Assembly (NCBI GenBank): GCA_022646745.1
Contig: CP060262.1
Span: 510,001 to 542,000 of the forward strand
Source of the DNA: Planctomycetales bacterium
Lineage (GTDB): Bacteria; 4484-113; JAFGCY01
DNA length: 32,000 nt
Reading direction: 5' to 3'
Shown here in pieces: positions 15,497-25,000 of this stretch. The stretch's first letter is position 1. Each line of letters starts with the position of its first letter. Both the position numbers and the translations under genes were made by a program. The notes under the pieces were generated by a model that made no database searches, was not told the origin of the DNA, and was given only the letters and a program-made list of their open reading frames with translations.

Positions 15497-18400
15497 TCAG
15501 GGGGTACTGACAACCATGATGTCGTCCGTGAGGAGGTCGTGGTAGACGATGTGCCAGCGACCATCCTCCCCGACCATCAGTTCCGGCTTGCTCATGAAGC
15601 GGATGCCCGGCAGTGACAATGCCTGCCAGTCGCCGAAGTTACTCCATTCGAAGTACTGGCGGTCGCCCACGCTGTCGGAGACCAGGCCGACCGCGGTGTA
15701 GCCACGGGCCTGGGCCGCACTGGCAGTTCTTTCAAGGAAAGCAGGCTCATAGAACGGGCCGGATTCCATCCGGAAACTGAGGCTTTCCGCGGTCCCATTG
15801 CCCATGTAGTCAAAATCAACCCGCCTGGCATTGCCAAGCCCATCATAGGCCTGCCAGAAGACTGGCCTGAGTGAGCTCCGGCTGTAGTCAAAGAATGCTG
15901 CACCATCAGCCCAGCGCCCCTCAGTCACCATGTTCCGCTCAACTACAAACCCGGCAGAGACCGAATCCGGTGCTTCGTCGGCTTCATAATCAACCAGGCC
16001 GAAGTATGCTTCGTTGGGCTTGTCGCCACTGTAGTAGCCCAGCACCACCGGCTCATCACCCGGCATCATCACTGCGGCACCTGTCCACAGGGTGCCATGG
16101 CTCCAGGGAACATCGTTGGCATTCAGTCCAGTGACTGCGTAGAGCTGGTCCACGCCGGGCTTGTCATAGAGCAGGATCCGCACGCCCTGTTCCGACACCA
16201 CGGGAATGGTATCCGGCTCTATCGGCAGGAAGCCGGTCTGTGAGAAGCCGGCACCCTCTGTCCAGAAGTTGTAGTTGACCTCGTCATTCTCCACCTGTGC
16301 CAGCATCAGGCTGCCAGCCTCATCCGCGCCGAGCTGCAGGGCATCCGCGTCTCCGAGGTCCGGCATCTCATTCCAGCTGGAGCCGTCATCGCTGCGATAG
16401 TGCCGGAGCTTGCCCTGTACGACCTGGGCCACATGCAGTCCGTCATAGCCTGCAGCCGCGCTCAGGAATCGTCCCTGTGAATCCTGCCCCGGTTCAGCGA
16501 GCAGGGATTCGAACGGTCCACTGCCAGTGCGGCGGTAGGCATGCTTCATGCCATCGGAGGCAAGGTCGAGGATGCCGAGGCTGCCCAGCTCATTGTTGGC
16601 AATCAGTGCATTATTGGAGGCGTTGGCATGCGGCAGCTCACCGATGCTGTCGAAGCCGCCACTGCCGCCGCTGTACATGTGGAGGGTGTCCGCCACGCTG
16701 TCCAGCATGCTGACAACGGCTCCACCATCGAGGAACTCCAGTTCGTGCTGGGAACCGGCGGAGAGTGAACTGTCCACTGAAACCGGAATGGTCCAGTCGG
16801 TATCGCCCTCCATCAGTTCCCTGTACAGGATCTCAACGCCGTCCTTGTAGCAGAGCGCGGGACGGCCGTTGGCGGGATTCAGCGCAATGTCCTGGTGCAG
16901 CACCCAGCTGTCATTCAGCTCCGCCCCGCCAGTGATCATGTTGTCCTTCACACGGGCCCAGTTGAGCTTGTCAGTGGAAAAGATGCAGTCCACACTGTCG
17001 CTAGCCGGGTTGTAGAGGCAGGACAGCACTCGTCCGACGGCAATGTCGTTGACAAGGTTGATGCTGAGGCCGGAGAACAGTTCATGCAGGGTGATGGCAT
17101 GGTTGGTCGCGCCCTCCGTGTAATGCAGCAGCCAGAGCCTGCCCTGGCCATCAGAAGCCAGAGAGCTGTAACTGGAGTCGGTCTCCACAGCCAGGTAGTC
17201 AGTGTATTCCAGCGAGTCGCCATCCCATTCAAGCAGGTGCACGTAGCCACCGAACACTACCGGTGCCACAGGACGGCCATTGTGGATCACGAGGTTGCCA
17301 AGCAGGCCGTAGACCGTTCCGTAGACCGGCAGGAAATCACGCAGGATGCTGCCATCCGGACGGATGCAGATCGCACCGATGCCCGGTACAGTAGTTTCGG
17401 CATAGATGTACAGCTCGCTGCCGTCCGCCGGATCCACGATCCCGCGCGCGTCATAGGAATAGGTCCCGTCGTCTGCACCACTGTCTATCACCACCGGGTC
17501 AAGCCACTGGGGGTGGACACGCAGGTAGCCAAGGGCATAACCGTATTCACCGCCGGCGGCGATCCTGCCGAGCACGCGGTAGCAGCCCGGCTGCACTGTC
17601 AGTTCCAGCACCGCACTGGCGGAATCTATCTTTTCTCCGTCATCTCCGACCTGGAACTGGTAACCGGCGATGATGTCATCGTCGGGGTCGTAGCTGCCGC
17701 TCATGTCGAAGCGGACCGTGGTCGGGCCGTAGAGCGACTGCTGGCTGATTTCCAGCACACCTACGGGAGGCGATCCACCACTGCGGTAGCCGAACTCCCG
17801 CACCGGGCTGTAGGCCATATTGCCTGAGGTATCCACGCTGGCAACGCGGTAGCGGCGGTCGATGCCCTCCACCGCCTCGGTATCCACCCAGGATGTTGCC
17901 TTAACAGGTTGGTCCGTCAGTCTGGAAAATGAAGAACTGCCGATCGGCGCGAACTCCACGAGGTAGCCGGCGAAGTCAGCTTCAATGTGGCTGCGGCTGT
18001 TCGTCCAGGAGAATGCCACCTGGCTGGAGTTGCTGTGGTCGTAGAGATCGTCAACGCGTAATGGGGCGTCATCACCGCCATCGACACCGAGTTCCAGCGC
18101 AAGCAATTCGACCGCGCTGCCCGGCGGGGCTACCATCACGGCGAAATGCCTGTCGAACGTGGACACGCGGGAATCCGGGTCACCATCGTACTCCAGCGTG
18201 GCATCTCCATCCTGCAGTTCACTGAACTGCCAGTGGCCGGATGCGTAGTCAACCCAGCCAAGCACATACGGACCGCTGCCCTCCGTCACGTCGGCGCGCA
18301 GGGAGGTCGGCCGCATGTCATCGGTGAAGCCATCCACCGGCCAGATCCGCCAGGCGCTGTCCGCCTCGTCGAAGAACAGTCCCTCGGCGCCTTCGCTGAC

Positions 18401-18643
18401 GGCATGCTGCAGGAAGGCAGCGCTGTCAGGAGCCGCTGGCAGGCTGTGCCAGCCCGGTCCGGCGACGCTGGCACCGCGATCCAGCCCGGCCAGCAGTTCA
18501 GGCGATGGCAGGCTTGCCGAGTAGGAGGATGCAGGGGCTGCTGCGGGTTCAACATAAGTTGAGGATCTGCCGCAGGCAGCCAGCAACAGGCCGGCTGAAA
18601 TGAGTATCAGTGATGTCGTGGTCCGCATGATTGCTGCGAGCAT
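15497..18643 (-). CDS. Paralog C: large lipoprotein of the same family
   Basis: Likely start ATG 18643 (MLAAIMRTTTSLILISAGLLLAAC, lipobox L-A-A-C) or ATG 18628. Track start 18676 lies inside a hairpin. Motifs: VAGPGWHS, FTDDMRPTSLR, SGHWQF, DFAGYLVEF...RYRVASVDTSGN, GPTTVRFDMSGSYDPDDDIIAGY, VQPGCY, LRVHPQW, Asp-box SDDGSSW, FEWSNFGDWQALSLP...GEDGRWHIVYHD. Confidence 0.85.
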   Translation of the reverse strand: MLAAIMRTTTSLILISAGLLLAACGRSSTYVEPAAAPASSYSASLPSPELLAGLDRGASVAGPGWHSLPAAPDSAAFLQHAVSEGAEGLFFDEADSAWRIWPVDGFTDDMRPTSLRADVTEGSGPYVLGWVDYASGHWQFSELQDGDATLEYDGDPDSRVSTFDRHFAVMVAPPGSAVELLALELGVDGGDDAPLRVDDLYDHSNSSQVAFSWTNSRSHIEADFAGYLVEFAPIGSSSFSRLTDQPVKATSWVDTEAVEGIDRRYRVASVDTSGNMAYSPVREFGYRSGGSPPVGVLEISQQSLYGPTTVRFDMSGSYDPDDDIIAGYQFQVGDDGEKIDSASAVLELTVQPGCYRVLGRIAAGGEYGYALGYLRVHPQWLDPVVIDSGADDGTYSYDARGIVDPADGSELYIYAETTVPGIGAICIRPDGSILRDFLPVYGTVYGLLGNLVIHNGRPVAPVVFGGYVHLLEWDGDSLEYTDYLAVETDSSYSSLASDGQGRLWLLHYTEGATNHAITLHELFSGLSINLVNDIAVGRVLSCLYNPASDSVDCIFSTDKLNWARVKDNMITGGAELNDSWVLHQDIALNPANGRPALCYKDGVEILYRELMEGDTDWTIPVSVDSSLSAGSQHELEFLDGGAVVSMLDSVADTLHMYSGGSGGFDSIGELPHANASNNALIANNELGSLGILDLASDGMKHAYRRTGSGPFESLLAEPGQDSQGRFLSAAAGYDGLHVAQVVQGKLRHYRSDDGSSWNEMPDLGDADALQLGADEAGSLMLAQVENDEVNYNFWTEGAGFSQTGFLPIEPDTIPVVSEQGVRILLYDKPGVDQLYAVTGLNANDVPWSHGTLWTGAAVMMPGDEPVVLGYYSGDKPNEAYFGLVDYEADEAPDSVSAGFVVERNMVTEGRWADGAAFFDYSRSSLRPVFWQAYDGLGNARRVDFDYMGNGTAESLSFRMESGPFYEPAFLERTASAAQARGYTAVGLVSDSVGDRQYFEWSNFGDWQALSLPGIRFMSKPELMVGEDGRWHIVYHDLLTDDIMVVSTP

Positions 18644-18645
18644 AA

Positions 18646-18680
18646 CCCGGTGCAGGCCTTTTATGCAAACCTGCACCGGG
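18646..18680 (-). promoter_or_regulatory. 11-bp GC-rich hairpin filling the D-C junction (no U-tract)
   Basis: The minus strand reads TGA(D stop)-CGGTCAAAT-CCCGGTGCAGG-TTTGCATAAAAGG-CCTGCACCGGG-TT-ATG(C). Perfect 11-bp stem (18646-18656 / 18670-18680) with a 13-nt loop. No SD precedes either candidate C start. Confidence 0.6.
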
Positions 18681-18689
18681 ATTTGACCG

Positions 18690-21600
18690 TCAGCTCACAG
18701 TGGAGATGATGCGGATGTCGTCGTTCCAGTAGTCGTAGTAGATGATGTGCCAGCGGCCGTCCGGTCCGACCACGAGTTCGTGGCGCGAGGAGTGCCCTTC
18801 CAACCCGGCGGGCAGGGGCAGTGCTTCGAAGTCACCGAAGTTGTCCCACTCAAAGAAGAACACATGTCCTTCCAGGCTGCTGCCGATGCCGACGGCGGAA
18901 TCCCCCCAGGCGGTCGTCGCACTGACCGTGCGGCGGTGATTGGTCGGATCAATCTCCGGGGATACCACCGCGAAGCTGTCATATGTCCACTCCTCCTGGT
19001 CATTGCGGTAGACCCGGACCAGTCCCGCATCAGGACCGTAGGTGGTGTAGAACACCTCGCGGGAACTGTGGTACTGGTTACGGTAGAACGCCCCTTCGTA
19101 GTGGCGTCCGAGTGTCCAGGGGTCGTCGAAGAATTCGAAGGATGGTTCAAACAGGTACTGCAGGTTTCCTGACAGATCGAGGATGCCGACATTGCCGCTG
19201 TTGAAATTGAATCCGTCATAGCGGACCAGCATGCGTGCGGCATTCGTGTTCTCGCCGGCCATCGCCCCTTCCCAGATGTCAGTCGTGTCCGGGTTGAAGA
19301 TGATCACGGGGTCGAGATCTCGCTTGAAGTGGAACTCATCCGGCACTGCATCACCATCAAAGTTGCCGAATACGAGCGCATTGCCCTGGCCGTAGATCAG
19401 GGGCTGTGAATTGTTGCTGATCGGGTTGTCCTCCACGTCGATCCAGGCCGGGTCGACCCAGTGGCGCAGGTAGACATTGCCGCCGTTGATCAGTGAGGCA
19501 TAGACCTCGCCATTCTGGTCAGTCACGATGTGGCCACCGGTGCCCAGTCCGGCGTCAGTGGTCTCGGTCCAGGCCACCCCGTCGGGGCTGGTGAGGTGCA
19601 GGTAGTTCGACAGCGGCTTGTGCAGCAGGTGCAGGCCGGCCGGACTTGATGTGGCACTCATCTCCCTGCCAACGCCGGAATAGCCATCGATGTATGCGAG
19701 CTCGGTTTCCGTGCCGTCCTCCTGCATCTGCGTGATGCGGGTGCCGAAGTCCAGACCGATGTCCAGCACCTGGAAGCCGGGCACATCCGGGATGTAGCTC
19801 AGGGCGCAGAAGAACCCGCCGTCAGCATAGTCGGCATCGTTGATCACGTCCCAGTTAGCGCCGTTCCTGCGGTACAGGCTGGATCCTCCCGGGTTGTCAC
19901 CGAAGAAGCAGTAGGCGGTGCCGTTACGGTAGACGAGCTTGGCCTGGATCCAGTCGGGGTCGAGCGGGTCGACCTTCTCCGGGGCGGTCCAGGTGGCATC
20001 GTCGTCATTCAGCTCGCTGTAGAGGATAGACACACCGTCGGACAGCAGCAGTGCCGGCCGGCCGGTGGCGGGATCCACCTCGATGTCAACGAAGTTGCTG
20101 TCGCTGGCATTGATGCTGAAGTTTCCCATCGGACCGATCACGGGTGACCAGCGCAGCCACTCGGTGCTGCCGCTGCCTGAATAGATGAGGTCTATCGCCT
20201 CGGCATCCGGGTTCCAGGCGGCATCGAGGAAATTGCCATTCAGCAGCCCTGGCACCAGCACGATGCTCTGCAGAGTGTTGAAGTCGACGATCTTGATGTC
20301 GTAGCCGACATTGATCTGCTGGTAGATGCCCCAGCGCCCGTTCCCGCCGTCAGTGACAACGGCGGTGAACGCGGTATCCGTGCTGGCCCCGAATCCGATG
20401 TAGGGGGTGACCTGGTTGTCCTGCCAGGTGCAGGAAATCACCTGGTCCGCATTGGCCAGCATGAAGATCCACTTGTCCCCGACCATCTTCGGCTCACTGC
20501 ACAACAGCTGGCCATCCTCAAAGATGTGCACCCAGTCATTGCGATCCACGTTGCCATCGGCATCAACCGTCAGGCTGACTACCGAGGGCACTGCGGCATC
20601 CGACATCAGGAACACTGACTTTTCGGACACCGGGTCATAGAATGCGCGCGGGGCGAAGTTGCGGTAGACAAGCACGGTGCCCTCATCAACCAGCTGGCTG
20701 CTGTCCTCCCAGGCCGGATAGACCTTCAGCATCATGTGCTTGGTGTCAGACTGCCCGCCGGCGGTCACGCGGCAGCGCAGGGAATAACAGCCGGGCTGCA
20801 GGGTTTCCGTGAATTCCGGGACCAGCTGCGAGACCTCCCCCAGCCCGAGGCCGAAGTCCACGAAGTACTCAGTGAAGGCATCGCCATCGTTGTCAAATGA
20901 ACGTGACAGGTCAATCGTCACCTTCGCCGGGCCGGTCAGAGGCCCGTTTGGCATGTCGACGACGCAGACCGGCTCCGAGGTTCCTCCTGCAATGCGCTGC
21001 GCGGGGTAGCTGAAGGATGGCGCGGTGTTCCCGGCAGTGTCCCAAACGGTCACGCGATAGACCCAGGTCGTGTTGAGCGGCGCATCCTCGTCATTGTAGA
21101 AGTTGTCAAAGATGTGTTCCGGGGTCAGCAGGACATAGTCACTGATCGGGAAGGTGGTGCGTTCCACCGTGTAGCCGGCGAAGTCCGGGTCGAGGTAGCT
21201 TTCGCTGTGGTCCCAGCTGATCGTGATGCGGTCCTCGTTGCTCTTGTTGCGGAAGTCGTTCAGGGGCTTTGGTCCGTTGCTGCCGCCATGCACGCCGACC
21301 TGCAGCATGTCCAGCTGCAGGGAACTGCCATCCGGCACGATCATAGCCACGAAGTGGTTGTGGTACTTAGAGTTGAGGATGTCCGCCCCGGTCAGCTCGC
21401 TGACCTCCGGGTACTCATATGTCGTGCTTTCCGAGAACGGCCCGGCCACCTGCCAGCGACCGTCGATGTAGTTCGTGTGCGCGAGGTAGTACTCACCGTT
21501 GACGCCGCTCACGTCCGTCCGCAGGCTGGTGGCAAAGGCATCACCATCAAAGCCGTGGACGCCCCAGACGCAGTAGGCCGCCTGGCCGCTGCCTTCGAGA

Positions 21601-21881
21601 TCGAGTGATGCTCCGTCCTGGCTGGCACCATCCTCCATGCCGGGCCAGCTGCGGTTGAACAGGTCCAGCGTGTACCAGCCGGGGCCGGCAATGCTCAGGC
21701 TGCGGGAGCTGTCCAGCTGCTCCAGTTCATCCAGCGAGGGCAGGCCATCCGCAGCGGGAATGGGCATATTGCCGGAACCGGCGGGCTGCGGTTCCAGGTC
21801 ATTCAGAGAAGAGGACCCACCGCATGCGGCAAACACGAGCACACCGCACAGGAGCGTGCACAGCAACACGTAATGCTTCAT
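18690..21881 (-). CDS. Paralog D: large lipoprotein of the same family (D/E/F subfamily)
   Basis: Start refined to ATG 21881 (TCAAGGTGGATGTA-ATG), giving MKHYVLLCTLLCGVLVFAAC. Approximate module positions: N-module nt 21273-21695, FN3-like 21012-21260, PKD-like 20712-20972. Asp-box TSPDGVAW at nt 19569-19592. C-terminus FFEWDNFGDFEALPLP...GPDGRWHIIYYD...ISTVS. 1,063 aa. Confidence 0.9.
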   Translation of the reverse strand: MKHYVLLCTLLCGVLVFAACGGSSSLNDLEPQPAGSGNMPIPAADGLPSLDELEQLDSSRSLSIAGPGWYTLDLFNRSWPGMEDGASQDGASLDLEGSGQAAYCVWGVHGFDGDAFATSLRTDVSGVNGEYYLAHTNYIDGRWQVAGPFSESTTYEYPEVSELTGADILNSKYHNHFVAMIVPDGSSLQLDMLQVGVHGGSNGPKPLNDFRNKSNEDRITISWDHSESYLDPDFAGYTVERTTFPISDYVLLTPEHIFDNFYNDEDAPLNTTWVYRVTVWDTAGNTAPSFSYPAQRIAGGTSEPVCVVDMPNGPLTGPAKVTIDLSRSFDNDGDAFTEYFVDFGLGLGEVSQLVPEFTETLQPGCYSLRCRVTAGGQSDTKHMMLKVYPAWEDSSQLVDEGTVLVYRNFAPRAFYDPVSEKSVFLMSDAAVPSVVSLTVDADGNVDRNDWVHIFEDGQLLCSEPKMVGDKWIFMLANADQVISCTWQDNQVTPYIGFGASTDTAFTAVVTDGGNGRWGIYQQINVGYDIKIVDFNTLQSIVLVPGLLNGNFLDAAWNPDAEAIDLIYSGSGSTEWLRWSPVIGPMGNFSINASDSNFVDIEVDPATGRPALLLSDGVSILYSELNDDDATWTAPEKVDPLDPDWIQAKLVYRNGTAYCFFGDNPGGSSLYRRNGANWDVINDADYADGGFFCALSYIPDVPGFQVLDIGLDFGTRITQMQEDGTETELAYIDGYSGVGREMSATSSPAGLHLLHKPLSNYLHLTSPDGVAWTETTDAGLGTGGHIVTDQNGEVYASLINGGNVYLRHWVDPAWIDVEDNPISNNSQPLIYGQGNALVFGNFDGDAVPDEFHFKRDLDPVIIFNPDTTDIWEGAMAGENTNAARMLVRYDGFNFNSGNVGILDLSGNLQYLFEPSFEFFDDPWTLGRHYEGAFYRNQYHSSREVFYTTYGPDAGLVRVYRNDQEEWTYDSFAVVSPEIDPTNHRRTVSATTAWGDSAVGIGSSLEGHVFFFEWDNFGDFEALPLPAGLEGHSSRHELVVGPDGRWHIIYYDYWNDDIRIISTVS

Positions 21882-22022
21882 TACATCCACCTTGACAGTA
21901 ACTGAAGGCCGCGCAGCAGGCTGGCGCAAACCAGCTGTCATACCCGGCATGCAGATGGCCTCAAACACCGCCTGCACCGAACAATCGGTCCAGTTCTGCC
22001 TGTCAGCTTGTTTACTGCGCGA

Positions 22023-22034
22023 AATGTACCACAG
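22023..22034 (-). promoter_or_regulatory. Paralog-D promoter-like element CTGTGGTACATT (extended -10)
   Basis: Lies 142 nt upstream of ATG 21881 and 24 nt downstream of the E stop. It matches CTGTGGTAAATT upstream of E and F. Confidence 0.4.
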
Positions 22035-22057
22035 GTCAGAAGGAGCCTGCGAGCCCC

Positions 22058-25000
22058 CTACTCAACCGTGCTGATGATCCGCAGGTCGTCGTTGACGAAA
22101 TCGCGGTAGATGATGTGCCAGCGGCCGTCCGGTCCGACCACAAGTTCGTGCAGGCTGCCGTTGTCCATACCGGACGGTACAGGCAGCTCCTCCCAGTTGC
22201 CGAAGTCTGACCACTCGAAGAAGCCGACATCGCCCATCACTCCCGATCCGATGCCGACTGCCGTGTTGCCCCATGCGGTCATGGCGCTGACACAGTTGCG
22301 GCTCTCGTACAGCAGCTCAGGCTGGAAGATGATGCCGTACTCATGGACATCCCATTCGCCAAACAGGTTTCGATCCATGCGGGCATAGGTGTTGTTCGGT
22401 CCGTAGGAGAAGTAAAACACCTCCCTTGTGCTTGCGAAGGCATTGCGGAAGTTGGCACCTTCATAGCTACGACCAAACGTCCATTCGTCGTCAAACCTGT
22501 TGAAGCCGGGCTCGAAGATCTTGTCAATCACACCGGTGGAAGTGCTGAGGATCCCCACGTCCGCATCCGTGATGTCAGAGGCCCCGAACAGGACCATGAT
22601 CCTGTAGTTTGAGCCGTTGGAACCGGCGAACGCGCCGCCCAGGACGTCATTGTCGTTGGGGAACGTGGTCTGGGTGGGCGTGAGGTTGACCTTGTAGTTG
22701 AATTCCGCCGGAACCGCCAGATTGTCAAAGTTGCCAAACAACATCACGCCACCCTGGCCATAGACCAACGGGGCCGTGTTGGGGCTGATTGAATGATTGT
22801 CCTCCGGCACCCAGGCCGGGTCGACCCAGTGGTTCAGTTTGGATACACCGAGGTTGGCAATCCCCGTGTAGATCTCGCCGTTCTCGTCCACCACGATCTT
22901 GCCGCCGAAGCCCACACCGGCATCTGAGGTTTCAGTCCAGGTGTCGCCGTCCGGGCTGGTCCAGTGGATGTAGTTGAACAAGGGCTTGTGGATCAGGTGG
23001 ATCTCCGAGTTGGAGCTTATCGCGCTCAGTTCCAGTCCGTTCCTGTCCCAGCCCTTGCTGATGTACAGCTGCTGCTCGCTGTCGTCCTCCTGCATCTGGG
23101 TGATGCGGGTGGCATAGTCTGACGCGGTGTCCATCACCATGAAGCCCGGCAGGTCCGGGTTGTAGGCCATGCTGATGAAGTACCCTCCGCCGGGATAGTC
23201 GGCGGTGTTGATAACATCCCAGTTGGCGCCGTTGCGGCGGTAGAGCTTGGCGTCTCCGGGGTTGTCGCCGACAAAGCAGTAGGAGTTGCCATTGCGGTAC
23301 AGCAGCTTGGTGTACGGCCAGTCGGGATCGATCGGATCCACGGGCAAGGGTGCGGTCCAGGTTGCATCATCCGGGTTGAGGTCGGCGAAGCGGACATTCG
23401 GGCCATCCGAGAACAGTGCCGTCGGCCGGCCCGTGGCGGGATCCTGCTCGACGTCTATGAATTCGCTGTCGGCACCGCTGAGCACGAAGTTGCCGATCGG
23501 ACCGATCACAGGTGACCAGCGCAACCATTCCGTCTTGGTGTTTCCGCTGTAGAGCAGGTCAATCGCCTCGGCATCCTCGTTCCACTCTGCGTCTATCTCA
23601 CCTGCAGACACCAGTCCGGTGACCAGCAGCGTGCTGCCCGGGTTGTTGATGCTCAGGATCTTGATCTCATAGGGGGCGATACCGTCGTAGTACAGGATCC
23701 AGGCAGTTCCGTTGCCATCTGTGACCATGCATGCAAAGCCTGCATCAACACCAAGGTTGGCAAGGAAGTTGGTGTCAATCACGTTATCCTGCCAGCCGCA
23801 GACGATCAGGTTGTCTGAATCGGCAATCGTGAACAGCCACTGCCCGTCCACGAACACGGGTTCACAGATGGCCACGACTGGGCCGTCAAGGATCTGTGGT
23901 GAGTCATGGCGATCCACGTTGCCATCCTTGTCCACCGTCATGCTGACAAGCGAGGGCGTGGCTGCATCGGCGAAGAGGAAAACCACCTTCTCAGACGCCT
24001 CGTCGTAGAATGACCGCGGCAGCCAGTAGCGAGGCGCAAGCGGCGTGCCTTCGGTGACAAGCTGGCTTGACTCCTCCCACTGCGGATAGATCTTGAGCAT
24101 GCGCAGCGTGCTTCCTGTGAACCCTCCGGCCTTAGCGGCGAAGCTGATCATGTAGCAGCCGGGCTGCAGGGTGGTTGTCAGCACCGGGTCGGGCTGGCTG
24201 ACCTCACCGAGGCCGGAACCGAAGTCGAAGTAGTAGTCGGTGATGACGTCGCCGTCATTGTCATACGAACCTGACAGGTCGAATGTCACCTCAACCGGCC
24301 CGTACAGTGGCCCCTTCGGCATATCCACCACGCAGGTCGGCAGGGCCATGTCCCCCACGTTGCGGATTGCGACAATCGTCATTGACACCGCATTGTTCCC
24401 GGCGGTGTCCCAGCAGCGCACACGGTACATGAATGGCTCATTGACGCCCGGTTCCGGATCCTCGAACACGGAATCAAATGTATTTTCCTCACTGATGGTG
24501 ACAAACTCACCGATCGGGAAGGGAGCACGCTCAACCGAATAGCCTGCGAAGTCCGGTTCATTGAAGCTCGGGCTGTGCAACCACTGGATTGAGATGATTG
24601 ACTCATTGCTGTTTTCAGCAATCGCCACCACGGGGAACGGACCTTCGTTACCACCATCGACGCCGAGCTGCAGCATGTTGAGCCTGAGGCTGCTGCCATC
24701 CGGGACCAGGATCGCCACATAGTGATTGTGGCGGGCGGAGGCGAGGATTTCCGGATCGGAATACTGGCTGACCTCGGGGTACTCATAGGTCACGCTGTCC
24801 GTGAACGGACCGGCGGTCATCCAGCGGCCGTCGATGTAGTTGGTGTACATCATGTAGTACTCGCCGACAACATCGATCACATCGCTGCGCAGGCTCGTCG
24901 GGTAGCAGTCCCCATCGAAGCCGTGCACGCCGAACACGCTGTAGCCGTTGCCGCCGGCTCCGGCAATGTCAATCGCCGGCAGGTCATCAGTGACACCCTG

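Noticed and set aside
18742-18939. Recurring small + ORFs beginning MMCQRPSGP... (also 22110-22388, 25463-25759, 29088-29387), which could look like a conserved antisense peptide
   Set aside because: They are simply the reverse complement of the conserved GPDGRWHIIY coding block (ATGATGTGCCAGCG...). Downstream of the shared start they diverge in sequence and length, as expected for non-coding mirror frames.
22061-22225. C-terminal signature as a known sorting signal (T9SS CTD, PEP-CTERM, LPXTG)
   Set aside because: There is no terminal hydrophobic helix plus basic tail and no LPXTG/PEP motif. The proteins already carry lipoprotein signals, and the segment looks like a propeller blade (D-G-R-W-H-I-I-Y). 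It is kept only as an open alternative in the corresponding finding.
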